Source: an uncultured Gammaproteobacteria bacterium (GTDB lineage: Bacteria; Pseudomonadota; Gammaproteobacteria; Arenicellales; JAANXG01). Taken from it: DNA of 64,000 bases. Positions within the stretch are counted from its first letter, which is position 1. Each line of letters opens with the position of its first letter. A program made the translations under genes and the position numbers. The notes below the pieces were generated by a model. The model was not told where the DNA came from. It did no database searches and saw only the letters and a program-made list of their open reading frames with translations. Shown piece by piece: positions 38,201 through 47,129 of this stretch. The stretch spans positions 9,496 through 73,495 of the forward strand of contig CAMYKK010000013.1 of assembly GCA_947258975.1 (NCBI GenBank), given 5' to 3'.

Positions 38201-38824
38201 GGCGGACTAGATCATGTACTCTCCATGGATCGCGACGTGAACGTACTGGTTTTGGACACCGAAGTCTATTCGAACACCGGCGGACAAATGTCAAAATCGA
38301 CGCCGCTTGCCGCGGTGGCCAAATTTGCCGTTGGCGGCAAGACGGTAGGCAAAAAAGACCTCGCACTTCAGGCCATCTCCTATGGTCATGTCTACGTCGC
38401 AAGGGTTGCCCTCGGCGCTAATCCACAACAAACCTTGCTCGCGTTTCGTGAAGCCGAAACCTATAAAGGTCCATCGCTCATTCTTGCCTATAGCCCTTGT
38501 ATCGCCCACGGGATCAACATGGAGCATGGGCTACAGCAACAGAAGCTTGCTGTAGAGAGTGGGTACTGGCCATTGATGCGTTACAACCCGGACCTGCGCC
38601 GCGACGAGAGAAACCCTTTTATGCTGGATTCTCCGCGTCCCACTATTCCTCTGAAGCACTATGCGTATAAGGAACTGCGCTACGATATACTGCGGCGGAC
38701 CAATCCCGATCGGGCCGATCTACTCATGAACCTCGCCCAAGAAAACGTTGATTTAAAATGGCGCGTGTATGAGGAAATGGCCACCAGGGGTGACTCAGAA
38801 TATCACTTCGCCAAACCAAACTAA
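35246..38824 (+). CDS. nifJ: Pyruvate:ferredoxin (flavodoxin) oxidoreductase, single-polypeptide NifJ/YdbK type
   Basis: 1192 aa. Internal ferredoxin domain CIQCGNCGLVCPH / CTGCTLCVEVCP. TPP-binding GGDGWAYDIG…LVLDTEVYSNTGGQ. Confidence 0.95.
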   Translation: MSTQHVIFDGNEAAAYVAYKTNEVCAIYPITPSSTMGELADQWTTEGRKNIWDNVPVVVEMQSEGGAAGAIHGALQTGALSTTFTASQGLLLMIPNMYKIAGELTSAVFHVAARSLATQGLSIFGDHSDVMAVRSTGFALLASGSVQEAHDLALVTQTATLRTRIPFVHFFDGFRTSHEVNKITLLTDDVIKAMIPDALVFAHRARGLNPDHPFIRGTAQNPDVYFQGRETVNSFYRDAPEIVQASMDQFTELTGRPYALFEYHGHPEAERVIVIMGSGAETVRETVDFLQGMDAKVGVVQVRLYRPFSATHFLNVLPATTKTIAVLDRTKDPAANGEPLYVDVVTTLSEALSDGNLPWPDLPRVVGGRFGLSSKEFTPAMVKGIYDALSTNTPKNHFTIGIQDDLTHTSLDYDPDFVIESDTTVRAMFFGLGADGTVSANKNSIKIIGEDPRFYAQGYFVYDSKKSGSQTVSHLRFGPEPIRSTYLVQSANFIGCHQFSFLETADVLARAAHGATFLLNSPHGPDEVWEFLPGFVQQQIIDKQLSLYVVDAYKVARDAGMGTRINTIMQTCFFAVSNVLPREEAVAKIKNTIKKTYFKKGDEVVRKNFRAVDETLANLYAVTVPKQVTNPITKREIVPANAPVFVRNVTALMMDGRGDELPVSMLPIDGTYPSGTAAWEKRNISMFVPVWEPDICIQCGNCGLVCPHSVIRSKFYNKSRLQSAPSTFQSAALSGRGFPDVYYTLQVYVEDCTGCTLCVEVCPAKSKEKSGVKALNMRPKPPDLEPERNNIDFFQALPDNDRGRVDFSTVRGVQYLQPLFEFSGACAGCGETPYLKLLSQLFGDRLLIANATGCSSIYGGNLPTTPWAVNQEGRGPAWSNSLFEDNAEFGLGFQLTAEKHRAVAYQLLQELRSILGADFVDDILTAAQDEESEIRAQRARVSELKQQLETLHNATATRLLSLADQLVRRSVWLVGGDGWAYDIGAGGLDHVLSMDRDVNVLVLDTEVYSNTGGQMSKSTPLAAVAKFAVGGKTVGKKDLALQAISYGHVYVARVALGANPQQTLLAFREAETYKGPSLILAYSPCIAHGINMEHGLQQQKLAVESGYWPLMRYNPDLRRDERNPFMLDSPRPTIPLKHYAYKELRYDILRRTNPDRADLLMNLAQENVDLKWRVYEEMATRGDSEYHFAKPN

Positions 38825-38890
38825 TCAATGCGACTACCTTCAATGCCGTGCAACGATGACTAGGCTTGAGAATCTCCGGAGGTCCTGATT

Positions 38891-39895
38891 ATGGATTTAA
38901 ACACCACTTACATGGGCATCAAGTTAAAACACCCTATCGTCGCCTCGGCGTCACCGCTATCCGAAGATGTCGACAATATCAGGCGGATGGAAGATGCCGG
39001 CGCCTCGGCGGTAGTGATGTTTTCACTATTCGAGGAACAGCTTCAGCATGAGTCCGCTGCCATGGAGCATCTCATGTCGTACGGGACGAACAGTTTCGCG
39101 GAGGCGCTGAGTTACTTCCCTGCGGTCGACGAATATCACGCGGGCCCCGATCGTTACCTTGACATCCTCCGCCGCGCATCCGAGGCCGTGGACATTCCCA
39201 TTATTGGAAGCTTGAACGGTATCAGCGATGAAGGCTGGATCGACTATGCCAAAAACATGGAGCAGGCAGGTGCCCGCGGTATAGAACTCAACATCTATTA
39301 CATTCCCGCCGACCTCAGCATGTCCGGACACGACGTTGAACGGCGTTATGTGGATATTGCAAAACATGTCAAGGCATCGGTCTCCATTCCGGTCGCATTC
39401 AAACTAAGCGCATACTTCAGCTCGTTCGGGCACCTGGCCAAACAACTCGATGAGGCCGGCGTCGACGCGTTGGTGCTTTTCAACCGTTTTTGGCAGCCGG
39501 ACTTTGATATCGAACAACGCGAGATTGTGCATAACCTGGATCTGAGCAGACCGGGGCAAATCCGCATGCGTTTACTGTGGATCGCGCTGCTCTACGGCCG
39601 CGTTAAGGCGTCACTTGGCGCCACTACGGGGGTGTATAGCCATATTGAGGTGATCAAATACCTGATGGCGGGCGCTGATGCCGTGATGACTACGTCCGCG
39701 TTGCTAAAGAACGGCATCGGGTTTCTAGCGACACTGCACGATCAACTTAGACATTGGATGGAGGAAAACGAATACAGTTCGGTCGCACAAATGAAGGGCT
39801 CCATGAGCCAACGGCATGTTGCAGATCCCACGGCGTTCGAGCGCGCCAACTACATCAAGATATTGGAGAGTTACAAGAGTTCCTACGCGTTGTAG
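38891..39895 (+). CDS. Dihydroorotate/dihydropyrimidine dehydrogenase-like TIM-barrel flavoprotein, cysteine-free
   Basis: 334 aa. PIVASASPLS…GIELNIYYIP…VAFKLSAYF…LFNRF… follows the class-1 DHOD/PreA fold pattern. ELNIYYIP replaces the ELNxSCPN active-site loop, and the protein contains no Cys at all. Confidence 0.8.
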   Translation: MDLNTTYMGIKLKHPIVASASPLSEDVDNIRRMEDAGASAVVMFSLFEEQLQHESAAMEHLMSYGTNSFAEALSYFPAVDEYHAGPDRYLDILRRASEAVDIPIIGSLNGISDEGWIDYAKNMEQAGARGIELNIYYIPADLSMSGHDVERRYVDIAKHVKASVSIPVAFKLSAYFSSFGHLAKQLDEAGVDALVLFNRFWQPDFDIEQREIVHNLDLSRPGQIRMRLLWIALLYGRVKASLGATTGVYSHIEVIKYLMAGADAVMTTSALLKNGIGFLATLHDQLRHWMEENEYSSVAQMKGSMSQRHVADPTAFERANYIKILESYKSSYAL

Positions 39896-40246
39896 ATGGT
39901 TTGCGGTCGTCGCGGGATTCGTGTCGTCGCCGGCGCGACGAGCGACCAAGCCTGTAATGTGCATGGATATTGACCTGATGATTGGGAACGAATCGGGCTG
40001 CCGGACGCCGCACCGGGGGGTGCGAATCGCCGCTTGTGTCGTGCTTGCGCAGCGGCGGTGAAACGCCTGAGCAGTGCCGGTAGCGGCTCGTTAAAAAACA
40101 TTGAAAACATATATTTATCAGGTATTTATAGAATGCACCGGGGAAAAAGTTGTATTGCGTTGATTATTCAAGAATTTACTGCTACCTTGCTAGTTGACCC
40201 GGTTTAAAAAAGCAATCCATGGCATCTGTAACGGGAGATTCGGTCC

Positions 40247-40822
40247 ATGTCTAAAACAACCAAATTTTTTCTCACCACCCTGCTGGGCCTTGCGCTGGTT
40301 GGATCCGTCCATGGCGCCGAGGAAGCCACGTGGTTCGGTCAAAAGGCCTCCGGTAAATGGATGATCGGCGTCAAGGGCGGCACCGTCAAAAACGGTAATG
40401 ACGATTTTGACGACGCCAATAATGGCGGTATTTTATTGGGCTATCAGTTCGCTCGACCCATCGGGTTTGACGGCTCTGCGGCGGTGGAATTCGAGGGTAC
40501 GAGTAGTTTCGACGACGGTGATTTCGGGGGCGCGAGCACGTTTGGGGTCCCCGGTCGCTGGGACGTGGATACGTTCGGGTTGTTTTTTGCTTATCGGACA
40601 CCGGGTAAGGTCTACTTCAAAGGCCGCCTGGGGGGAATGCAGTCCGACGTCACCACCAAGACAGCGGGCGCCACTGTCAGTGAAGATGACGCCAGCCTTG
40701 CCGGCAGCGCGGGGCTCGGCGTAAAGCTCGGCGAATGGGGAAATATTGAGTTGGAATGGACCGGTGACAGCGGCGACAACGATATCCAAATAATCAGCTT
40801 AGGCGGCCTGCTTCAGTTCTGA
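40247..40822 (+). CDS. Small outer-membrane beta-barrel protein
   Basis: Signal peptide …ALVGSVHGAEE. Alternating beta-strand pattern. C-terminal …ISLGGLLQF with the terminal Phe typical of OMPs. Confidence 0.7.
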   Translation: MSKTTKFFLTTLLGLALVGSVHGAEEATWFGQKASGKWMIGVKGGTVKNGNDDFDDANNGGILLGYQFARPIGFDGSAAVEFEGTSSFDDGDFGGASTFGVPGRWDVDTFGLFFAYRTPGKVYFKGRLGGMQSDVTTKTAGATVSEDDASLAGSAGLGVKLGEWGNIELEWTGDSGDNDIQIISLGGLLQF

Positions 40823-40857
40823 GAAATAGCGGACTTTTCCAACGAAAATCGTTTCTG

Positions 40858-40884
40858 AACCGGCCGCAAGGCCGGTTTTTTATT
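40858..40884 (+). terminator. Rho-independent terminator after the OMP gene
   Basis: AACCGGCC-gcaa-GGCCGGTT followed by TTTTTATT. Confidence 0.8.
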
Positions 40885-40918
40885 GCCGAATTCGCTACCG
40901 ATTGCATACGAGTTTTCT

Positions 40919-41659
40919 TTATTGACGCGCTGCGCACAGCAAACGCTTCATTTCGCGCACCGCATCCGCCAGCCCTGTCATCAGCGCACGTCCCACGATA
41001 GCGTGTCCGATATTCAAGGTGCTAAGTTCCGGGATCGCCGCCACCGGCTGTACATTGTGATAGTGCAGCCCATGCCCTGCGTTTACTTGTAAGCCCAACA
41101 CATAGCTCGATGCGGCCGTTTGCTGCAGACGCACCAGTTCATCGGTCCGCCTTTGCGCGGAACGTGCATCGGCGTAGCGGCCGGTGTGCAGCTCTATGAC
41201 CGCGGCTCCGACTTTGATTGCAGCCTCAATCTGCACTGGCTCGGGATCGATGAATAACGCCACTCGAATATCCGCAGCTTTCAATGACCCACAGAATTCG
41301 GACAGGAACTCGGAATTGCCCGCAACATCCAAACCACCTTCCGTAGTCAACTCTTCGCGGCGTTCGGGCACCAAACAACATTCTTCCGGTTTAATCTGCG
41401 TTGCAATCTTCAACATCTGCGCGGTGGCCGCCATCTCCAGATTCATCGGTACCGTCAGTGTAGTCCGCAACCGCTCCACGTCATGATCTTGTATGTGTCG
41501 TCTATCTTCGCGCAGATGTATGGTAATACTGTCAGCGCCGGCGTCTTGAGCAATGTATGCAGCCTGAACCGGATCTGGATAGCGGGTGCCTCTCGCCTCA
41601 CGCAACGTGGCAACGTGGTCGACGTTGACACCTAAATAAATCTTGCCACTTTTGGTCAT
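40919..41659 (-). CDS. pdxJ: Pyridoxine 5'-phosphate synthase
   Basis: [22 protein letters not shown]…[12 protein letters not shown]. Start at 41659, with an ATGA overlap with the recO stop. Confidence 0.9.
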   Translation of the reverse strand: MTKSGKIYLGVNVDHVATLREARGTRYPDPVQAAYIAQDAGADSITIHLREDRRHIQDHDVERLRTTLTVPMNLEMAATAQMLKIATQIKPEECCLVPERREELTTEGGLDVAGNSEFLSEFCGSLKAADIRVALFIDPEPVQIEAAIKVGAAVIELHTGRYADARSAQRRTDELVRLQQTAASSYVLGLQVNAGHGLHYHNVQPVAAIPELSTLNIGHAIVGRALMTGLADAVREMKRLLCAARQ

Positions 41660-42396
41660 GCGCGTCCTCTTGTCGTGCCAACAGCCGCGATGGAGCGACA
41701 CCCATCGAAGATTCGGCGGCTGTGCAGCACGCGTTGTCCAAGCTGCCGGCCAATCATCGCACGCATCAGGCGTTTACACTCATTTTTGATACTTTCGTCG
41801 GTGAATTCTTCGCACTTTAACGCTATCAATGTTGCTCCGTTGACCACGATGCCATCCTGACTACCGGCGCCAGTCTTAATCGCGCCTAATTCGGGCACGT
41901 AACTATATCGGGACTTCGCGTCGATTGCCTGACTGGTCTTTGCGTCGCACTCAAGATTTAGCGCATACCCCAGCTCGCTGAGCAGATGCTTCTCAAAAAT
42001 TCTCAGTGACCATTCGTGGTCCACAGACTGCGCAAATCGATCGAGCACCAGCTGATAGTGGGTAAACAACCCGGTATGCGGATCGTGCCGGTGCAGTAAG
42101 TACATCAAAAGCTCATTGACATAAAATGCACACAACCGGCTATCACCCGTTAACTCAGTATAGGTCTTGTACGGTTCCACCGCTGACAGGATCGGCAAAT
42201 CTCCCCTTCCCGACCAACTCAGCAATATAGATTGAAACGGGCACAACAAGCCCCGAACGCGGGATTTCAGTCGCCGTACTCCCTTGCCCAACAAGCTCAG
42301 CCGCCCATAATCCCGCGTAAAAATCTCAACCAGCAGGCTGGACTCGCGATAGGGTCGAGTATGCAATACATAACCGAGTTGTTGGTGGACTCTCAC
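41656..42396 (-). CDS. recO: DNA repair protein RecO
   Basis: 246 aa. The [20 protein letters not shown]… N-terminal OB-fold pattern. Position between era and pdxJ. Confidence 0.9.
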   Translation of the reverse strand: MRVHQQLGYVLHTRPYRESSLLVEIFTRDYGRLSLLGKGVRRLKSRVRGLLCPFQSILLSWSGRGDLPILSAVEPYKTYTELTGDSRLCAFYVNELLMYLLHRHDPHTGLFTHYQLVLDRFAQSVDHEWSLRIFEKHLLSELGYALNLECDAKTSQAIDAKSRYSYVPELGAIKTGAGSQDGIVVNGATLIALKCEEFTDESIKNECKRLMRAMIGRQLGQRVLHSRRIFDGCRSIAAVGTTRGRA

Positions 42397-43295
42397 TTGA
42401 GGTCTTCGTTATAGCCCAACGCGTTCAGTGCCGTTTGATTGTCAGCCCAACCACTGCGAACTTTCACCCACAACTCCAGATGCACTTGTCTCCCGAGGAA
42501 TCGTTCCAGTTGTTTTCTCGCTTCGACGCCGATCTGCTTGAGTCGCTGTGCTTGTTTTCCGATGACCATTGCTTTATGGCTCGGCTTATCCACCCATACT
42601 TGCGCCTGTAGTCGGATGATTTTGCCGCTGTCGTCGTATGCGATCAAATCTACTGCGGTCGCATAAGGCAGTTCCTGCCCCAGCTGCCTAAACAACTGCT
42701 CCCGCACAAACTCGGCACAAATAAAGTGATCACTGCGATTCGTCAACTGGTCGGCCGGGAAACCTGCATCACCGCACGGCAGGTAAAGCTTGACGGTATC
42801 CAGGAATCTATCGACATTGTGCCCAGTCTTCGCTGATATCGGAATAATTTCATGAAAACCAAAATAATGCTCGGACTGCGCTATCAGCGGTAGTAACGCA
42901 TCCTTATTTCGGAGTCGATCCACCTTGTTGATGGCCAAAATCACCGGCGTCGATGTCCCGCCGAGAGTCCCGAGAACATCCCTGTCGGCCGCTTGCCAAC
43001 CGATAGAATCGATTATCAATACCAGCACATCAACATCTTTGGTACTGGCGATTGCAGTCCGGGTAATGGTCCGGTTTATCGCTTTGCCGCGCTTTGTCTG
43101 AATGCCCGGTGTGTCAACAAAAACAACCTGTGTATCCTGCGTAGTTTTAATCCCAAGAATTCGATGCCGAGTGGTTTGCGGACGATGGGAGGTAATACTG
43201 ATCTTTTTCCCGACAAGACGGTTTATCAACGTCGATTTACCGACGTTCGGCCGCCCCATCAGCGTAACGTAGCCGAATCTGAAAGTCGCGTTCAT
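42393..43295 (-). CDS. era: GTPase Era
   Basis: GRPNVGKST (G1), DTPG (G3), NKVD (G4) and a C-terminal KH domain. Confidence 0.95.
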   Translation of the reverse strand: MNATFRFGYVTLMGRPNVGKSTLINRLVGKKISITSHRPQTTRHRILGIKTTQDTQVVFVDTPGIQTKRGKAINRTITRTAIASTKDVDVLVLIIDSIGWQAADRDVLGTLGGTSTPVILAINKVDRLRNKDALLPLIAQSEHYFGFHEIIPISAKTGHNVDRFLDTVKLYLPCGDAGFPADQLTNRSDHFICAEFVREQLFRQLGQELPYATAVDLIAYDDSGKIIRLQAQVWVDKPSHKAMVIGKQAQRLKQIGVEARKQLERFLGRQVHLELWVKVRSGWADNQTALNALGYNEDLK

Positions 43296-43966
43296 TGCTC
43301 AGAGAGAGCGACGATTGCCTTCTCCGCCGCGGACTGTTCCGCGCTTCGCCGGCTGGTACCGCTTGCAGTGAAGGTCTGCTCAACGCCGTCTATTCGGCAT
43401 TCTACCTCAAAGACTTGACAATGCGGCTCTCCGCAGACGTTTACGATAAGATAGTTGGGTATGGGAAGACCATATTTTTGCAGATGCTCCTGCAACTTGC
43501 TTTTGGCGTCCTTGTAAGCCGTATCCGTTCGCAATTCATCGAGATCGCCCCCAAACACTCTTAAGATGAATTCCTTGCACGGACGCAATCCCCCGTCCAA
43601 GTAAATTGCTCCGATAATGGCTTCAAGGGCGTCGGCCAGAATCGAATCTCTCTCCTGCCCCCCACTTTTTAGCTCTCCTTCTCCCAGAATCAGGGCCGCC
43701 CCGAGTTCCAGGTCGCGCGCAACTCTTGCCAGCGTGTCCTTGCGCACGATAGCCGCGCGCATGCGGCTCAGCTTACCTTCCGTCAGTTCTGGAAAACGAT
43801 AATATAGCCATTCAGCTACGATAAAGCCAAGTATGCTGTCTCCAAGAAACTCGAGGCGTTCGTAGTTGGCTACGCTTCGACTACGATGAGTTAGCGCCTT
43901 CGTAAGTAACTGCGGTTTGTCAAAGCGATAATCAATCCGGGAGCAAATGTGCTCGTACTCATCCAT
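43292..43966 (-). CDS. rnc: Ribonuclease III
   Basis: The NYERLEFLGDSILG signature and a C-terminal dsRBD (…TASGTSRRSAEQSAAEKA). Confidence 0.95.
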   Translation of the reverse strand: MDEYEHICSRIDYRFDKPQLLTKALTHRSRSVANYERLEFLGDSILGFIVAEWLYYRFPELTEGKLSRMRAAIVRKDTLARVARDLELGAALILGEGELKSGGQERDSILADALEAIIGAIYLDGGLRPCKEFILRVFGGDLDELRTDTAYKDAKSKLQEHLQKYGLPIPNYLIVNVCGEPHCQVFEVECRIDGVEQTFTASGTSRRSAEQSAAEKAIVALSEQ

Positions 43967-44358
43967 CAGCGCAGGGCGATTTCCGTCCTATTCTTAAAAT
44001 CAAGCAAGGCGCTGACATTGTATACAAGGGGGACCACGACTTCATAGGCCACCGTTATGGTCATGATCTTGTCTTTTTTGTCTACGGTGAGGGACTCCTT
44101 TAGATCAACAACTTCATGCGCATAATCGATGTACAGTATATTGTCCAGTTCTTGGATGACCTGCCGCCTGGTCATGTTGGTGACGCGGGGATCTTCCACA
44201 ATTTTATCCATGGCCTCTTGCAGCTTGAGATTATCGAAATACGGCGGAAACAATCTCATAAACAACAACGTTAAGAGGACCAAGAGTATGACTACCGCAG
44301 ACAAACTCCAAAAAGTCCAACCCGATTGTTTATTTCTCATCGCAAAACCCTGTCTCAT
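43966..44358 (-). CDS. DUF4845 membrane-anchored protein (conserved lepB-rnc spacer gene)
   Basis: N-terminal TM segment WTFWSLSAVVILLVLLTLLF, then FPPYFDNLKL. The ATG at 44358 overlaps the lepB stop as ATGA. The alternative start is 44340. Confidence 0.7.
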   Translation of the reverse strand: MRQGFAMRNKQSGWTFWSLSAVVILLVLLTLLFMRLFPPYFDNLKLQEAMDKIVEDPRVTNMTRRQVIQELDNILYIDYAHEVVDLKESLTVDKKDKIMTITVAYEVVVPLVYNVSALLDFKNRTEIALR

Positions 44359-45155
44359 CTAATCGTGTTTCCGATACGCCCCCAATCAACACCTCCCCCG
44401 GATGATACGTTCCAGCTAAACCAAATGAAGAACGCCCGACCTATAATGTTTTTCTCGGGTACAAAACCCCAAAATCGACTATCATTACTATAGTCCCGGT
44501 TGTCGCCCATCACAAAGTAGTGTCCTTCAGGCACGGTGAAACTCATGCTCGTGGTCCTTTTTCCCGGGTCCCTCAGAATGTCGTGTTTAGAATCGCCAAA
44601 TTCTTCAGCAAATTGGTTGGCAACGATATGACGTCTTCCTGCTTCTTCGAAGGGATAGGTGCCGATACGTTCTGTGAGCATCGGTGCGCCATTAATAAAT
44701 AACTGCTTATTCTTGTATTCCACTTTGTCGCCGGGCAACCCAACCACTCGCTTGATGAAATTAATGCTCTCGTCATGCGGAAATCTAAACACCATCACAT
44801 CTCCGCGTTCAGGCAAAGACAGTTCGACTATCTTTTTGTTGATAATCGGCAACCGCAAGCCGTATCTAAATTTATTGACAAGTATAAAATCGCCAACCTG
44901 CAAGCTCGGCAACATTGAGCCCGAAGGAATACGGAACGGTTCCACCACAAAAGAACGTAGCACAAACACCAGCAATATGACGGGGAAAAACGCTTTCGCA
45001 TATTCTACTATCCACGGTTCTTTTCTTACCGCCAGCGCATCTTCTGACCCCGATGTTTGAATATCGTCTACTTGCGGTCTTCGAAATAATCGATCCAACA
45101 GCCAGATCCCACCCGTCACCATCAGCGCCGTAAACAAGATTAACGCGAAATCCAC
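44355..45155 (-). CDS. lepB: Signal peptidase I
   Basis: The PSGSMLPSL (catalytic Ser box), GDVMVFRFP, IKRVVGLPGD and GDNRDYSNDSRFWG boxes. Confidence 0.95.
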   Translation of the reverse strand: MDFALILFTALMVTGGIWLLDRLFRRPQVDDIQTSGSEDALAVRKEPWIVEYAKAFFPVILLVFVLRSFVVEPFRIPSGSMLPSLQVGDFILVNKFRYGLRLPIINKKIVELSLPERGDVMVFRFPHDESINFIKRVVGLPGDKVEYKNKQLFINGAPMLTERIGTYPFEEAGRRHIVANQFAEEFGDSKHDILRDPGKRTTSMSFTVPEGHYFVMGDNRDYSNDSRFWGFVPEKNIIGRAFFIWFSWNVSSGGGVDWGRIGNTIR

Positions 45156-45157
45156 GC

Positions 45158-46966
45158 CTAATCCCCTTCAACTCTAAGCACGGCTAAAAACGCCTCCTGC
45201 GGTATCTCTACCGATCCAATTAGTTTCATTCGCCTTTTACCTTCTTTCTGTTTCTCCAGGAGTTTTCTTTTTCGGGTGATGTCCCCGCCGTAGCATTTGG
45301 CGGTAACATTCTTGCGTAGTGCCTTAACTGTCTCCCGTGCAATCACACGAGATCCAATGGCAGCTTGGATCGCGACGTCAAACAATTGTCGCGGTATTAG
45401 GCTGCGCATGCGTTTGACCAACTCGCGAGCCCGATAATCCGCCTGTTTACGATGCACCAGAATAGACAACGGATCCACCTTGTCACCATTAATTAAAATA
45501 TCCACTTTACACATATCGCTTTCACGAAAAAACTTAAATTCGTAATCCAGCGAAGCATACCCGCGGCTTACGGATTTGAGTTTGTCAAAGAAATCGAGAA
45601 CGACCTCATTCATCGGAAGCTCGAAGGTCAACATGACCCTGCGCCCCAGATATTGAATATTCTTATGTATACCACGCTTTTCTATGCACAACGTAATAAT
45701 TGAACCGACATACTCTTGAGGCATGAGCATGCGTGCTTCGATAAATGGCTCACGAATCTCGCTGATCATCGCCAAATCGGGCAGCTGGCTCGGATTCTCG
45801 ATGGACAACACATCTCCCGCAGTGGTTTCGATCTCGTACACCACCGTGGGAGCGGTAGTAATGATTCCCAGGTTGTATTCTCGTTCCAGTCTCTCTTGTA
45901 TGATTTCCATATGCAGCATGCCGAGGAATCCGCAACGAAACCCAAATCCCAATGCTTCTGATGTCTCGGGATCATACCGCATCGAGGCGTCGTTGAGGCT
46001 CAGCCGGTCTAAAGCATCACGCAAGGCGCCATAGTCTCCCGAATTCACAGGATACAAACCGGCGAAAACACGAGGTTTGATTTCCTGAAAGCCGCTTAGG
46101 GGGGTTTCTGCCGGTACCGCACTATTGGTCACGGTATCCCCCACTCGCGCCCCTTTTACGTCCTTGATGCCGGCAATAAGATACCCGACATCCCCGGCCA
46201 GTAGCCGTTGTTTGGACACGCGTTTGGGCGTGAACACGCCCACCTGTTCGGCTACATAGTCCCTGCCGGTCGCCATCATGCGAAGCTTGTCTTTGATCTT
46301 CAATCCACCATCAAATATTCGAACGAGAGAAACAGTGCCCAAATAGTTGTCGAACCAGGAATCTAGAATCAATGCCTTGCAGCGGCCGTCGACCCGGCCC
46401 TGGGGGTGCGGTAGGAACTCGATAATGGCCTCGAGTACGTCATCGACACCCTGTCCGGTCTTGGCACTGCAATAGACTGCATTTTCGCACGAAATTCCAA
46501 TGATGTTCTCTATATCTTCTACGACACGCGTTGGTTCCGCAGCAGGCAGATCAATCTTATTGAGAACTGGGATCACCTCCAGCCCCAAATCCACCGCGGT
46601 TTGACAATTCGCGACCGTTTGCGCCTCGACCCCCTGCGAGGCGTCAACCACGAGCAACGCACCCTCACAGGCGGTTAACGATCTCGAAACCTCATAAGAA
46701 AAATCCACGTGGCCGGGTGTGTCGATAAGATTTAACCGATAAATACGATTATCTCGAGAGCGATAGGGCAAACTAACGCTCTGTGCTTTAATAGTAATAC
46801 CACGCTCTCGCTCCAGTTCCATGGTATCCAACACCTGCTCTTCCATTTCACGCTCTGATAGTCCGCCACATCGCTGAATAAAACGGTCTGCGAGCGTGGA
46901 TTTACCATGGTCCACGTGAGCGATAATGGCGAAGTTCCGTATCTTAGTAAGATCGTGTGCACTCAT
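45158..46966 (-). CDS. lepA: Elongation factor 4 (LepA)
   Basis: [33 protein letters not shown]. 602 aa. Confidence 0.95.
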   Translation of the reverse strand: MSAHDLTKIRNFAIIAHVDHGKSTLADRFIQRCGGLSEREMEEQVLDTMELERERGITIKAQSVSLPYRSRDNRIYRLNLIDTPGHVDFSYEVSRSLTACEGALLVVDASQGVEAQTVANCQTAVDLGLEVIPVLNKIDLPAAEPTRVVEDIENIIGISCENAVYCSAKTGQGVDDVLEAIIEFLPHPQGRVDGRCKALILDSWFDNYLGTVSLVRIFDGGLKIKDKLRMMATGRDYVAEQVGVFTPKRVSKQRLLAGDVGYLIAGIKDVKGARVGDTVTNSAVPAETPLSGFQEIKPRVFAGLYPVNSGDYGALRDALDRLSLNDASMRYDPETSEALGFGFRCGFLGMLHMEIIQERLEREYNLGIITTAPTVVYEIETTAGDVLSIENPSQLPDLAMISEIREPFIEARMLMPQEYVGSIITLCIEKRGIHKNIQYLGRRVMLTFELPMNEVVLDFFDKLKSVSRGYASLDYEFKFFRESDMCKVDILINGDKVDPLSILVHRKQADYRARELVKRMRSLIPRQLFDVAIQAAIGSRVIARETVKALRKNVTAKCYGGDITRKRKLLEKQKEGKRRMKLIGSVEIPQEAFLAVLRVEGD

Positions 46967-47030
46967 TGTGTTTCTGTTATTGCATTAACCGAATGTACCA
47001 GGCGATATGCCTGTCGTGTGAGCTGTTAAA

Positions 47031-47058
47031 TAAGAAAAAGGGCGCACAGCGCGCCCCT
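47031..47058 (-). terminator. Rho-independent terminator downstream of mucD/degP
   Basis: The minus strand reads GGGCGC-gctgt-GCGCCC followed by TTTTTCTTATTT. Confidence 0.65.
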
Positions 47059-47129
47059 TCTGCCTCGCGAACAAACCGTCAAGTCTAGATCAAGTTTGCT
47101 TTCACAGATTGGTTCTTTTCCGTCGATGA

